From contig JAPMXV010000054.1 of the NCBI GenBank assembly GCA_026936335.1, forward strand, positions 368,962 through 432,961: 64,000 bases of DNA. The letters run 5' to 3'. The DNA comes from Mantamonas sphyraenae STR306. Taxonomy: Eukaryota > Protista > CRuMs. Under the pieces are notes generated by a model that saw nothing but the letters and a program-made list of their open reading frames with translations, was not told where the DNA came from and searched no databases. The position numbers and the translations under genes were made by a program. Below are positions 1 to 11,600 of the stretch, one piece after another. How positions within the stretch are numbered: position 1 is the stretch's first letter; each line of letters starts with the position of its first letter.

Positions 1-445
1 GTTTGCTGATCTCGTCCAGATGCTGACCAAGTTGGCACGCGACAACAACAAACGCGACCGCAAGACCACACGCAAACACACACGAAGCGTCTTTCGCGAA
101 ATCAGGGACACTGTACGCTATGGGGGCTGTCGCACAGAAACCCTGCACGTACGCCACGTTGCCGTCAAGTTTGGCGACTGGGCACACAAAATCATCCTGC
201 GCGACGTCCGCTCAGCCCTCGGCACAGGCCTGCAGAACCACCTGTTTGCAAACACTCTCCTCATGGACATGTTTGGCTACAACTACACCCCTGCCCTCGA
301 GAGCCAGGACTCCCTCTCGCAGGACTCCTGGGCACTCAACGACGCACGCCAGGCTGAGCGCCGTGACCGCCAGCAACGCCGTGCCAAGCAGCGCAACAAG
401 AAGATCCAACAACGCGGAGCCGTCGACGATGACCAAGAGGCCTGA
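1..445 (+). CDS. IFRD family (interferon-related developmental regulator) protein, 3' end only
   Basis: Open frame from the window edge; RSVFREIRDTV...W...VRSALGTGLQNHLFANTLLMDMF and a basic C-terminal tail resemble the IFRD_C domain. Confidence 0.75.
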   Translation, partial: FADLVQMLTKLARDNNKRDRKTTRKHTRSVFREIRDTVRYGGCRTETLHVRHVAVKFGDWAHKIILRDVRSALGTGLQNHLFANTLLMDMFGYNYTPALESQDSLSQDSWALNDARQAERRDRQQRRAKQRNKKIQQRGAVDDDQEA

Positions 446-542
446 GGTTTCCGCGAGTGTGCGTGTGCGTGTGCGTGTGCGTGTCCAGTCCACTCCACCC
501 CAGTCAACAACACCATTTTCATTTTTCGTTTCATTCCACACA

Positions 543-580
543 GCACTCACTGGCACTCACTGGCACTCACTGGCACTCAC
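543..580. repeat. 10-bp tandem repeat (GCACTCACTG), about 4 copies, intergenic
   Basis: Read directly from the sequence. Confidence 0.85.
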
Positions 581-631
581 GCACAACCATCACATCACAC
601 CACATCACCTCGCTGCACCAGCAGCCCAGGC

Positions 632-1873
632 TCATCCAAGGCGCATACGCTTCGAGGAACCTACGTTCCTCCGCCCCACCATGTCTTTGCGCTTGCTCTT
701 GCCGTTCTCAGACAGCCAGTTGTGGTATGCCGGGGTCTGTTTCCACAGGTAATAGTAATGAATCACCTCGCGTTCAGACTTGGTGCCCACGGCGGAGGCA
801 ACAGCCGCAAAGTTCTTCCCGTAGTTGCTCAGCGCCAGCCGGAAACTCCTCTTTTCCTCGTTTGTCCACTCGTTGGCACGCTTACCCCTCTGCGACTCTT
901 CCAGCAAGTCGTTCAATGCTTGCACCGTGTTGTGCTTGCGTCCCATCAGAACGCCCAGCAGATCGTCCACCTGGGCCCCTGCCATGCCAAAGAGCATGTT
1001 GCGTGCCGTGTCCACGTATGCATCCACCTCCTTGGATGACAACTTGCCCGTGTGCCACATCAACTTGCCTCCCTCCTCCTCCTCCTCACTCTCGGCCCGC
1101 CCTCGCGCCGCCGTGTTGTTGCCTTCCTTGCTTCCCACCTCCTCCTCCCAGCTCGGCACCTCCACCTGGTGCGTCGGCCCCACAAAGATGCCCCGCTTCT
1201 TCCCTTTCTTTCCTCCCAGCGCCTCTCCGCCCTCCGACCCGGACATGCTGCTCCCGACGCTTTCGTCCTCCGAGCTTTCTCCCTCCTTGCTCGATTTCCG
1301 GTTCCTCTGCTTCCCGTACGCCTTGCCCTCGGCCCCACCTTCCCCACCTGCCTCCTGCCCGTCATACTCTGCCTCTTCCGATTCATACTCCTCCTCCTCT
1401 TCTTCTTCCTCCTCCTCCTCCTCATCGTCGTGGTCATCGCCCCAGTCGTCGCCATCGTAGTCGTCGTCATCCTCCTCGTCTGACGAAAGATCCTTGTCTG
1501 CAAACACGGCCGCCAGCCCTTGCCGCCCCTCCTTCAGTTTCTGCAGATGTTCCCTCTCCAATGCCCGTTTGTGTCGCTTCTTCTCCTTCCGCAGAGCCTC
1601 TGCCCTCTCCGTAGCCCCTGCCGCTCTGCCTCTGTCGCCGTGACTGCCATTTGTCACTTCCTTCTCCTCTTCCTCCTCCCGTTCTTCCCCTTCCTCTCCA
1701 TTCACATCCGCCTCGTCCTCCGACTCTTCTTCCTCCTCTTCCTCCTCCTCTGCCTCCTCCATCTCGTCTTTCCTCCGTTTTGACCCCTGCTTCGCCGCCC
1801 CGCCATACAGCGAGCGTGTCTTTTCGCTGTCGCCAGTGCCCAGCTCCAGGCTGTCGTCGCTGTCCGAATCCAT
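632..1873 (-). CDS. ELM2-SANT domain protein (MIER/CoREST-like HDAC co-repressor)
   Basis: Acidic N-terminus; IFVGPTHQVEVP (ELM2); WTNEEKRSF...YGKNF...VGTKSEREVIHYYYLWK (SANT). Confidence 0.85.
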   Translation of the reverse strand: MDSDSDDSLELGTGDSEKTRSLYGGAAKQGSKRRKDEMEEAEEEEEEEEESEDEADVNGEEGEEREEEEEKEVTNGSHGDRGRAAGATERAEALRKEKKRHKRALEREHLQKLKEGRQGLAAVFADKDLSSDEEDDDDYDGDDWGDDHDDEEEEEEEEEEEEYESEEAEYDGQEAGGEGGAEGKAYGKQRNRKSSKEGESSEDESVGSSMSGSEGGEALGGKKGKKRGIFVGPTHQVEVPSWEEEVGSKEGNNTAARGRAESEEEEEGGKLMWHTGKLSSKEVDAYVDTARNMLFGMAGAQVDDLLGVLMGRKHNTVQALNDLLEESQRGKRANEWTNEEKRSFRLALSNYGKNFAAVASAVGTKSEREVIHYYYLWKQTPAYHNWLSENGKSKRKDMVGRRNVGSSKRMRLG

Positions 1874-2046
1874 GGTTCACTTTGGTCTTGCTCTCGTTCT
1901 TCTGGGTGGACTCTGTGCGAAAAACGCAAATGGGTCGCTCGACGCGGGGAAAAACAGTGGCGCAGCGGTCGCCGCTTTGTCCTAATTTTCCTTTGGCCTC
2001 CATTTTGTCCATCCCCCTTCCACTCTTTGCCTCCTGTGCCCCCAAC

Positions 2047-3932
2047 TCACTTCATGCTGAGATCAATGCCCAGGCTCACATACGGGTAGTAGTCGCCTTC
2101 CACGGTGCTGTCGATGTACTTGCTGTCGTCCTCCGTGTCCTTGTCCTTCTTCTTCTTCTTGCTTTCGGCAGACGCAATCACAGAGTCTGGGAACAGTGCC
2201 TCCAGCACCTCGCGCACTTTCTCCCCCTGGCCCTTGGACGGCTTCACCAGAGCACTCATAAACGGCGTCTGCACACCGTAACGCAGCTTGCTCTCCACAA
2301 ACCCGCGGATGGCCTTCAGGTGGATCCACGCCGCAAACACTTCGCCAAAATTGGCCCTGCACCAGTTCCTGTACGACGTCCACGTGCGGTACACGCTCAG
2401 CTCTGTGCTTTCGCGCTGTTCCTTCAGCGCCGCCACTGCATCCTCGTCGTACTCAAAGTCGCGCACTGTGAAGCGATGCTCGCGGCACTTGCCCTTGAAC
2501 TCGTCCACAACACGCTTGAACAGCACCACCGTCCACAGGCCGTACTCGTCGTCCTCGTGCAGTTTGCGCGACGACCGCGGCACAACCTTGTCTGAGAACG
2601 ACTCGTACGTGTTGAGCCATTCATCCGTGCTATACCGCCCCACAACCACCAGCATCGTCGTCAGGTTCTCCGTTTCCACAAAGTCCTTCTCCTCCACAAA
2701 CTCGTTCAGGTCGATCGTCAGCAGGTTGCCCACCGTCTTCTTTTCCACGCTTGCAAACTCGTTGCGTGCACTCGTGTAGTTTGCCGACTTGGTCTTTTGC
2801 TCCTGCTCCACTTCGTGAACCTGATCCTGCACAAGCGCTGTCAGCTCCGCCACCGTCAGTGTGTCCGGGTACTTGGCGTTGTCCCACGCAAACTTGGTCA
2901 GGTATGTCTCCATCGGCACTGCCACAACCATCCCACGCCGTGTCCCCTGTGTCAGTTGCTTGTCCACTCCCTTGCGTGTGCATCTATCCTCCGTCTCTTC
3001 CTCCTCATCCATCTCTCACACACTTCTCTCTCTTGTGCTCGCCTCTGCAAGGGGGGACCGCAACTCTGCCGCACGGCCTCCCCGCATGTCCAAAGGGGCC
3101 TCCCACGCACAGCCCACCCATTGGCCGCGTGTGTCCACTCAGCCAAGGCATTGGCATGGTTGCGTCACAAGCCATGCCAGTCCGTGCCACTGCTTCCATC
3201 TCTGTTTGCACCCTCCTGTGCCCTCCAGGACAAACGTCCGCCCCTCAAAAAACCCTCCCCCCTCAGTGTCCACAAAACTCACCTCCGTTGACGTAGAGCG
3301 CCGACTGAGCCTCTTCCTTGCCCTTGCCCTTGCCCGATGACCGCGTCGACTGCGACGACGAGCCCGACGACGACGAGCCCTGCTCCGTCTTGCGCGGTGC
3401 CTTGCTCACCAGGCCAGCGTACTCGCGTCCGATCTTCTTCACCACCTGCTCGATCTGTACATCCACCTTGCCCAGGTCGTCGCTCAGTCCAATCAAGTCG
3501 TTCAACGTACCCACGCGCAGGTCTGTGTTGTGTGTTCATGCCCCGTGTCCATGTCAGCGCCTCCGCCTGCCCCTCAAGAAAAACACCTGCTCCGCTCGGG
3601 TTTGCAATCGCCGCGCCAGCTGACCGCGTGAACGGGTCTTTGCCACCGCCCGCAATCTGCCACAGCCATCTCTTCACCTCCCGTCCTTCCCTCTTTGCAT
3701 GCAATCTCTCTTTCCCTCCCCTCTCCCGAGCCCTCCCGTCCTTGCTTCCCCCTCTTCACCGCCTCCCATGTCCGCCCTTTGTGTCCCAAAACTCACCCGG
3801 AATCCCAAACTTGTAGTTGACCGAGATGTCGTTGCCACGCGTCGTCGCTGCCTGCAGCCTGTCCCACGTCTTGCCCGGCGAGTCTTCCACCGCCGCGCTG
3901 ATCAGCCAATACTCTTCTTGCGACTGCGACAT
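2047..3932 (-). CDS. ATP6V1C: V-type H+-ATPase subunit C; 3 exons (3932-3797, 3522-3283, 2918-2047)
   Basis: YWLISA, LRVGTLNDLIGLSDDL, FAWDNAKYP, AWIHLKAIRGFVESKLRYG, YYPYV; GTGAGT...CAG introns join the exons in frame. Confidence 0.95.
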
Positions 3933-4143
3933 GGACAAAAAGGTGTCGTTCTGGTGGACTGCGTTGCGCTGCACCACGCTCTCAAAACACATCTGCTCGC
4001 CAGCCACATCCCACAACCCATCCATTTCTATCCAACCTATCCACAGTCCCCCCCACAGACCACCAAATCTTTTCCATTCTCCACAATTCTCTCGCCCCAG
4101 AACGGGCAAAATCCATTGTCTTCCCCACGCGCTCACCCCCTCC

Positions 4144-6123
4144 TTACTTCTTCGTGCTGCTGCCGCTGCTCCCAATCGACTCCTTGTTCTTGTCACGCAC
4201 GCGTGTCACGACACCCACGCCCACCGTGTTGCCCTCGTCACGGATCATGAAGCGCCCGAGCTGCGGAAAGTCCTTGAACGTCTCCATGCACACCGCCTTT
4301 TCAGTCTGGAAGCGACACAGCACCGTTTCGCCCTCCACCGCAAACTTGGGTCGCTTCTCCGTCTTTTCGCCCGTCTTCTTGTCCACCTTGTACAACAGCT
4401 GCGACAGCACGATCTCCACAATCTCGCTGTGAATGTGCATCACAGCCTGGTAGCCGCTCGAGATGATCGACTTGTACTCCAGGATCATAAACTGCGCCTC
4501 AAACTGCCGCACCGTCGGCACAAGCGAGTTGTCTGCCGTCGCGCACAGCACGTCGCCAACGTGCACGTTTTCCTCGTCCACGCCCTTCAGCCGCAGCTTC
4601 ACGTTGTCTCCCGGCTCGGCACGCTTGATTTCCACGTCCTCCAAGAACAGTGCCTCCACCTTCACGTTCACCCGGTTCGGCATCAGCACGAGCTCGTCGT
4701 TCAGGTTGATCACCCCCGACTCCAGCTTGCCCATCACCAGCGTGCCCATGTCCTTGTACTTCTCAGCCACAGGCAGACGCAGAGGCACGTCGTACAGGCG
4801 TTCGGGCGGCTTCATCTTGTCCAACAGCTCCAGGAACGACGGGCCCTCAAACCATGGGCACACACCGTCTGCGAAGCGGTCGCGCAGGTTCGCCCCATCC
4901 ATGCCAGATACAGGCATAAAGTACATGTCCTTCTTGCTGTATCCACACGTCTTGCGCAGGAACGGCTTCAGGCCATCCACAATCTCGTCGAAACGCTCCT
5001 TGGCGTAGTCCACGCTGTCCATCTTGTTCACCAGCACAATCAGCTGCTTCACGCCGACCGTCTTGGCAAGCATTGCGTGTTCTCGTGTCTGTCCACCGTT
5101 CTCAAAGCCCGTCTCAAACTCGCCCTTGCGTGCACTAATCACCAGGATGCCAATGTCCGCCTGCGAGGCTCCGCCAATCATGTGCGGCACAAAGTTCTTG
5201 TGGCCCGGCGCATCCAGGATCGTAAACACCTTGTTCTCCGTCTCAAAGTATGCCCGTCCGCACTCTTCCGTCTTGCCCTGTGTGTCGTGTGCGTGTGTGC
5301 ATCCCGCCCATACGCCGCGTACGCGCGTGCAACCGCCGCCCTCACGTGTCAGCTCCTGGCTTCCGTCCGTCCCCGGTAGAAAACAACCCCTCCTCCCCAT
5401 CCTACGCCCTCTGTATGTACACCTGCACAAACACATGCCCTCCCTCCGCCCTCGCCCTGCTGTTCTCCTGCTTTCCATCCACACACAACCCACCTTGGCT
5501 CGCTCCTGGTCCGTTGTGTCCACAGCCCACGCGAACTTCCAAGTCGCCCGGTTTTTGGCCTCCGCCTCGCGTTCGTACTTGGCCAGCGTGCGGTCATCAA
5601 GCATGCCTGTCAGGTACCTGTGTGCATGCATCACCCACATGCCCCCGTCCAGCAACACGTCCCATCCCCACTGCGTCAGTATCCGTCCTGTGCCCCATCC
5701 CCTCACAACATGCACCCGTTTTTCCCGGAACGCCCCACGCCCACGAAGCAACCTCTTCCCGATAAACTCTCTCCCACTTTCCGCTTACATCAAATGACCA
5801 CTGATCGTCGACTTTCCGGCGTCCACATGCCCAATGAACACGATGTTCACGTGCTTCTTGGGAGGCCGCACCTCCTCCTCCTCCTCCAGACCCTCAATCA
5901 CGACCTCCTTTCCAGAGCTGCTGCTGCTGCTGCTGCTCCCTTCAGCCCCTTTTTCGCTTGTCTCTTCCCCCTTTACTTCCTCCGCAACCGCCTCACTTGC
6001 CTCCTCTGCGGTGCTGGTCTCCGCCTCGTTCGACTCGGCAGGTGTCTCCTGCGTCTCCTGCGTCTCCTGCTGCTCCTCCGTCCCCTCCTCAATTGGCGTT
6101 TGCTGTTGCTCTTCTTCAGACAT
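4144..6123 (-). CDS. SUP35: Translation release factor eRF3 (Sup35/GSPT); 3 exons
   Basis: VNIVFIGHVDAGKST, GKTEECGRAYFET, DAPGHKNFVPHMIGGASQAD, GGQTREH, NKMD, FPQLGRFMIRDEG; acidic N-terminal extension. Confidence 0.95.
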
Positions 6124-6197
6124 GGCGATCAAGCAGGGGTGTGATTTCAGTGGCACAGACTGCGCGCACGCTAGCGCAACCCTCACACATCCCCACC

Positions 6198-8648
6198 ATG
6201 GTCGGCAAGAGTACGTCCTTTCCCATCCCGTTCCATCCTCATCTCTCACCTCACTTCCATCTTGCAAGCTCTGCCTGCTGTCCATCCATCGCACACAACA
6301 CTCACACACCCGGGCAACAGAGCACAAATCCAAACGCACCACCCTCAAGCAAAAGTACAAGGTCGAGCGTAAGGTCAAAGAACACCACCGCAAGGTTCGC
6401 AAGTTGGCCAAGAAGAGCAAGAAGGCAGGCATGCCCTCTGTCAAGGAACAACGTACGTGGCCCCTCCTGTTCATCTCATTTCCCGGTACCCCCCCCCCAG
6501 GTTCCCATCACTCCCTCTACCACACCGTTTCCTCTTTACCATCCCCGCTTGCCCTCCCGCTTGATCTCCTATGCTCTTTATGCCTCCCCTGAGCCTCCCC
6601 TCGGTGCTTCTGCCCATAGTTCAAGGCGGTGGCGGCACCCAGCTGCGAAAAATCCGCGGACGCATGCGTTCAAGCGCCCGCCTGCTGACGCGCCACCTTC
6701 TCGCCTCCCTGCAGAATTGAAAAAGGACCCCGGCGTGCCCAACCTCCACCCATACAAATTGCACATGATGCGCCAAATGGAAGACCAGGCCAACCGACGT
6801 GAGGAGCAGCAGAAGCGCAACAAGATGGAACGAGCCAAGCTCCGCCAGAAACGTCGCAAAGAGCGTGCCCTCGCCGCCCAGGACGAACACAGCAAGCTCG
6901 AACGCATGATGCGAGAGGCTGCCCGCCGCAACCGCGACTTTTCCCGCGACCATGGCGACATCGACTTTGAGCACGGCGGCGAAAGCTCCTCTTCCTCCGC
7001 CGCCGCTTCCCAGGGCTACTTCCGCAAGCGTGATGGCAGCCAGCGTGCCTACCAGAAGGAAGTCATGCATGTGATTGAACAGTCCGACGTCATCCTCGAG
7101 GTTCTCGACGCACGTGACCCCATGGGTTGCCGATGCAAGGGTGTGGAGCGTCTCGTCAAGGCCTCCGGCAGGGACAAGACTCTCATCCTGCTCCTCAACA
7201 AGGTCGACCTTGTGCCCCGCGAGGTTGTTGCCGAATGGCTCACCTTTTTGCGCCAGGAGCACTCCACGTATGCCTTCAAGAGCTCCACTCAGACCCAGCG
7301 CCGCAACCTCGGCCGCTCTTCGCAGGACATCACCACAGCCAGCCAGGGCGCCCTCCAGACCAGCGAGTGTCTTGGTGCTGGTCAGCTCATGACCGAACTC
7401 AAGCGCCTGTGCCTCACCGGCGGTGACGCAAAGACCAAGGCGTCCATCACCGTCGGTCTCATCGGCTATCCCAACGTCGGCAAGTCCTCCGTTATCAACT
7501 CCCTCAAGCGCCAGCGCGCGGCCACCGTCGGTGGCACTCCCGGTGTCACCAAGGAACACAAGGAAATCAAGCTTGACAGCAACATCAAGCTCCTCGACGC
7601 ACCAGGCATTGTGTTTTCCCGCGGCAACATGATCGACTCGGATGTCATCCTGCGCAACGCAGTCAAGATTGAGCAGCTGGGTGATGAAGCCACCGATGCC
7701 GTGCAAGCCATCCTCGACAGGTGCAACAAGCAGCACTTGCAGGATCTGTACAAAGTGGGCGACTTTGAGAACGTCCAGGAGTTTCTGTACGAGTTTGCCC
7801 ATGTGCGCAAGATGCTCGGCCATGAGGGGGTGCCCAAGTACATTGAAGCTGCAAAGAGCGTACTCCAGGACTGGACCAAGGGCAAGATCCCCTTCTTCAC
7901 ACAGCCTCCTCGACGCAACCGCAACGTCACCGCCTCCCGCCTCGTCGGCCAGGACGAGGACGAGCAAGACGAAGACATCCTCGATAAGCTCACCTCCCTT
8001 CGCTCCTACACAGACGGCTTTGTTTCCATGCAACCAGGCGACACTGTCGACAACGAGCTCGACGTCGACAGCGAAAGCAGCGACGACGAAGAGGGCAATG
8101 ACGGCGAATGGGATGTATCGGACCTGCACAGCGATGACGATGACTTTGACGACGACGAGGAGGAGTATGAAGACGATGACGAAGACGACGACGACGACGA
8201 CGACGGACTCGACGAGGAAGACATGGACGACCAAGCGGGCTCATCCAAGCGCAGGAGCATCTCTTCTGCCTTGCAAGCTCGCCGTGAGGCAAAGGAAGCC
8301 CAGGAGATGGCCGACCGCAAGGGCAAGGGCAAGGTGCGCGCCCCCGTACAGGACATGGACGAATTCCAGGACAGGTACAACCCTCAAACCAACAAGAACC
8401 TGCGCAAGGCCGCCAAGGAAGCCAAGAAGATGAACAAGAAGCAACAACGCAAGCAACGCGAAAAATTGGTGCAGGCTGCGTACGGCAAGCTCGACGACGA
8501 GGACTTTGATTTTACCAGCGACTTTGTCGCAGACAACGATCGGGAGGGAGCGAGCAGTGACGACGAGAACGACGACGAAGACGACGAGCGCCAATGGCCT
8601 GACCCCGTGGATGAGCTGTTGGAGAGCGATGATGAATTCTCTGACTAG
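6198..8648 (+). CDS. GNL3: Nucleolar circularly permuted GTPase GNL3/Nug1 (nucleostemin-like); 3 exons
   Basis: SKRTTLKQKYKVERKVKEHHRK (Grn1 N-terminus), EVLDARDPMG, NKVD, GYPNVGKSS, LLDAPG; two GTACGT...CAG introns. Confidence 0.93.
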   Translation: MVGKSTSFPIPFHPHLSPHFHLASSACCPSIAHNTHTPGQQSTNPNAPPSSKSTRSSVRSKNTTARFASWPRRARRQACPLSRNNVRGPSCSSHFPVPPPQVPITPSTTPFPLYHPRLPSRLISYALYASPEPPLGASAHSSRRWRHPAAKNPRTHAFKRPPADAPPSRLPAELKKDPGVPNLHPYKLHMMRQMEDQANRREEQQKRNKMERAKLRQKRRKERALAAQDEHSKLERMMREAARRNRDFSRDHGDIDFEHGGESSSSSAAASQGYFRKRDGSQRAYQKEVMHVIEQSDVILEVLDARDPMGCRCKGVERLVKASGRDKTLILLLNKVDLVPREVVAEWLTFLRQEHSTYAFKSSTQTQRRNLGRSSQDITTASQGALQTSECLGAGQLMTELKRLCLTGGDAKTKASITVGLIGYPNVGKSSVINSLKRQRAATVGGTPGVTKEHKEIKLDSNIKLLDAPGIVFSRGNMIDSDVILRNAVKIEQLGDEATDAVQAILDRCNKQHLQDLYKVGDFENVQEFLYEFAHVRKMLGHEGVPKYIEAAKSVLQDWTKGKIPFFTQPPRRNRNVTASRLVGQDEDEQDEDILDKLTSLRSYTDGFVSMQPGDTVDNELDVDSESSDDEEGNDGEWDVSDLHSDDDDFDDDEEEYEDDDEDDDDDDDGLDEEDMDDQAGSSKRRSISSALQARREAKEAQEMADRKGKGKVRAPVQDMDEFQDRYNPQTNKNLRKAAKEAKKMNKKQQRKQREKLVQAAYGKLDDEDFDFTSDFVADNDREGASSDDENDDEDDERQWPDPVDELLESDDEFSD

Positions 8649-8678
8649 CAAAATGAAATGGCTGCAAAACTCCTCTCC

Positions 8679-11600
8679 TCATTTCATGCCCCGTGCCACT
8701 TCTGCAAACTCGGGCCCACTGCGCACATACGACTCACACACCTGCACTACCCCATCACACACACGCATCACTTGCCACCAGCCACCGCTGCCAATTGCTC
8801 CGTACACGACGCCATCATGTTGGCCTTCCCGCTGCTGGGCAAGCCCAAGCATAATGGACGCCACCTGCGCTTCCTTCTCCACAATTCCCTCGAGGCCAAT
8901 GGCTACGTCGACTACCATGAGAGCCCCCGTAGCCGTGCTCAGCCAGCGTGCCTTGGACCCGCTCTCCGAAGTCAGAACAAAACGTGCGTGCGTGCGTGCC
9001 AAAGGCACCCAGTAGCCCGCGCATACACTGGCCCAGTGGGGCGCATCTTCGTCCAGCACCACCTGCTGAAGCTCCTGCATGACCTGAAACTCCACCACAC
9101 GTTCGCTGCCAAAGCCACTTGCTGCCTGCAGCCATGCGTGCTGCGGTGCAGCCACGTCACACGCCGTCCACTCCAGTCCCTTCCACACATCCATTTTGAT
9201 GCCTGTGTCGCGTACGTTGCCCACCCGCTGCACGCCCACCGCCTCGCCAACCACATACAGACGCACCGTGCCCTCGCTCGCCTCCACCGCTGCGTCCAAC
9301 TCCAGTTGGCTGCGCACACGTACAAGGTCTCCGTCTTCGTCCATAAATTCCAGCCCGTGGATTCCTGCCACACCCATCGCCGCACACACCTCCTCCTCCA
9401 CGTTCTCCACCAGCAATTCGTCGTCCTTCATCGTCAGCATGTGAACCTCTGTGCCAGCGTACACCTTGATGTGCACATCTTCTGCGCGATGGAAGAGACC
9501 AGACTTTTTCTTGCGCCTCTTGCCCATCGTGTTTGATCGCCGCCTCTCTGGCCGATCCTCGCCTCCTTCGCTGCTGCGCGTGCTTCCTCCTCCCTCGCTG
9601 ACCCCATCCTCTGTGCTGACGCTGTCTTCTCCCCCATCCGCCACACTAGCGTTCGTGGCCTCGCTCTCGCTGTCGTTCACCTGCACAGTCGGCACCGTGT
9701 GTGTGCTCGCCGTGCTCGTGCCCGAGTCACGGTTGCTCGACTCCGCCTCACTGTCCACGCTTAGGCGTCCGTCGCCAGTGTCTTCCGTGATGCCAGGCAG
9801 TTCCAACTCTCGCGCAACGCTCTTGCGGCTGAAGCGACCGCGCAGGGAAAAGCGGTTTGACGTCGTGCTGCTGCTGCGCGACCTGCCCATCTTGGCTGCT
9901 TCCGCCCCGATGCCCAGTCCCGCCCCTGAGCCCAACATCATCGACTGACCACGGTTGCGCATAGCTGCTCGTGGATCAGACGACGAGGATGCCGTCGAAT
10001 CGTTCGATTCGCCACCCGATCCAAGTGGAGACACGCCCGAGTGCAGATTCGAAGCTGACGCTGACGAAGTCGACGAAAACGAAGACGCAGAGGACGACGA
10101 GACCGCCACACTAGCGCGCACGCTGACCTGCTTGGCCAGGACTGCTCCCAGCTGCGAACTGAACTGCGCGTTTGCTGCGTTCGTTGCCTGCCGCGCCTCT
10201 GCATTCCAGCGCAGCTCGTCAAACATGTGCTGTTTCGCCGAGCCCATTGTGTTCAGAGCGAGCACCGTCGGCTCACACAGCTCTTGAGTGCTCTTCTTAC
10301 CCCCAAACACAAGCAGGCGGTTGCCGCCCACAGCAGTCATGGTGTGGAATGCGTGTGCTCCGGGTCGGTTGCGCAGCCGGGTTTGCACCCACTCGTACGA
10401 GTCTGTGTCCAGAAGGAACAGATCCGAAAACAGACCCGAAGGATGTGACCCACCAAACACAAACAGACGCCTGCCCACGGAGCACATGCTCGACGCCACC
10501 CGCTTCGTCAACGCCACGTTCTCTTGCGTCGCCACGTGCGCCCATTGCATCGTCAGCGTCTTGAGCACGTACACGTCGCAGAAGAACTGGTTCGTACGTC
10601 CGCCACCAAACATGTACATCGACGAGCCCATTTTGCTCACAGCATGCCACGCACGCCCAGACGGCTTGTCTCCAAACGTTTGTCGAAGCTCCCACTCTTC
10701 CAGTTTGACGTCGTACACCCACAGCTCGTCGCTGTAGTCGTTGGCCGTGCGTCCTCCGTACACAAACACGCGCCGGTTGATCGTGATTGCGCTGTGTGCC
10801 GAGCGTGCATCAGGCCACTGGCTACTCTGCTGTCCAGCCGCCTGCCACGTGTGAGTCTCCAGATCAAACAGGTACGCATCGTTCAACTTGTTGCCCTGCG
10901 AGTCTGCACCCCCAAACAGAAACAGCATGTCTGCACCCTCCACGTTGACTCGACTCAGCGTGTGCATGTGTCGTCCACACGGCAGATCTCCTTGGCACTG
11001 CAGCGCCTCCCAGTGGCCCTCGCGCAGACGGTACATGGTGTCTGAACACTGCTTGTTCGCGTCGGCGCCTCCAAACAGGTACATGTCGTGGCCCACACCG
11101 ACGGCAGTGTGACCATACATCGACCCAGGTCCCTCCTCTGGGTTGTCCACCGGCTCTTCACGCCAAGACAGCGTGTCCCGGAACGGATCGTTGTTCTCCT
11201 CCACCTCGTTGATTTGCGTTTCGATTGCGTCCATCCACGTCTTCTTCTCCTCGGCCGAGCTGCAACGGATGTGAATGATCTGTGCCTCGCCCGATGGCGT
11301 TGAAGTGCTGTTGCTGCTGCTGCTGCTGCTGTTGCCACCCGACTCGCCGGTTTCGTTCGAGTGCAGCTCAAAGTCGGTGGAGCTGTCCATGCACGGGTCG
11401 ATCAACGTCTGTGCCAGGTCAAACGTGTTGTGCCATTGCAGCGACTCCTTCTTCTTGTTCTTGTACTCGCCCACCACCAGCATGTCGTTGAACAGCAGCA
11501 ACACGCGTTCCTTCTTCTTGCCTCCCCGACGCGTCACCTTGTGCACCTCGCCCTCCTTCACAAACGAACGTTTGGAATCGATCAGCACGGGTGCCTTGTG

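Noticed and set aside
4144-6123. EF-1alpha/EFL, or a prion-type Sup35
   Set aside because: Motifs are eRF3-specific (GGASQAD, GGQTREH, QLGRF) and the N-terminus is Glu-rich rather than Q/N-rich
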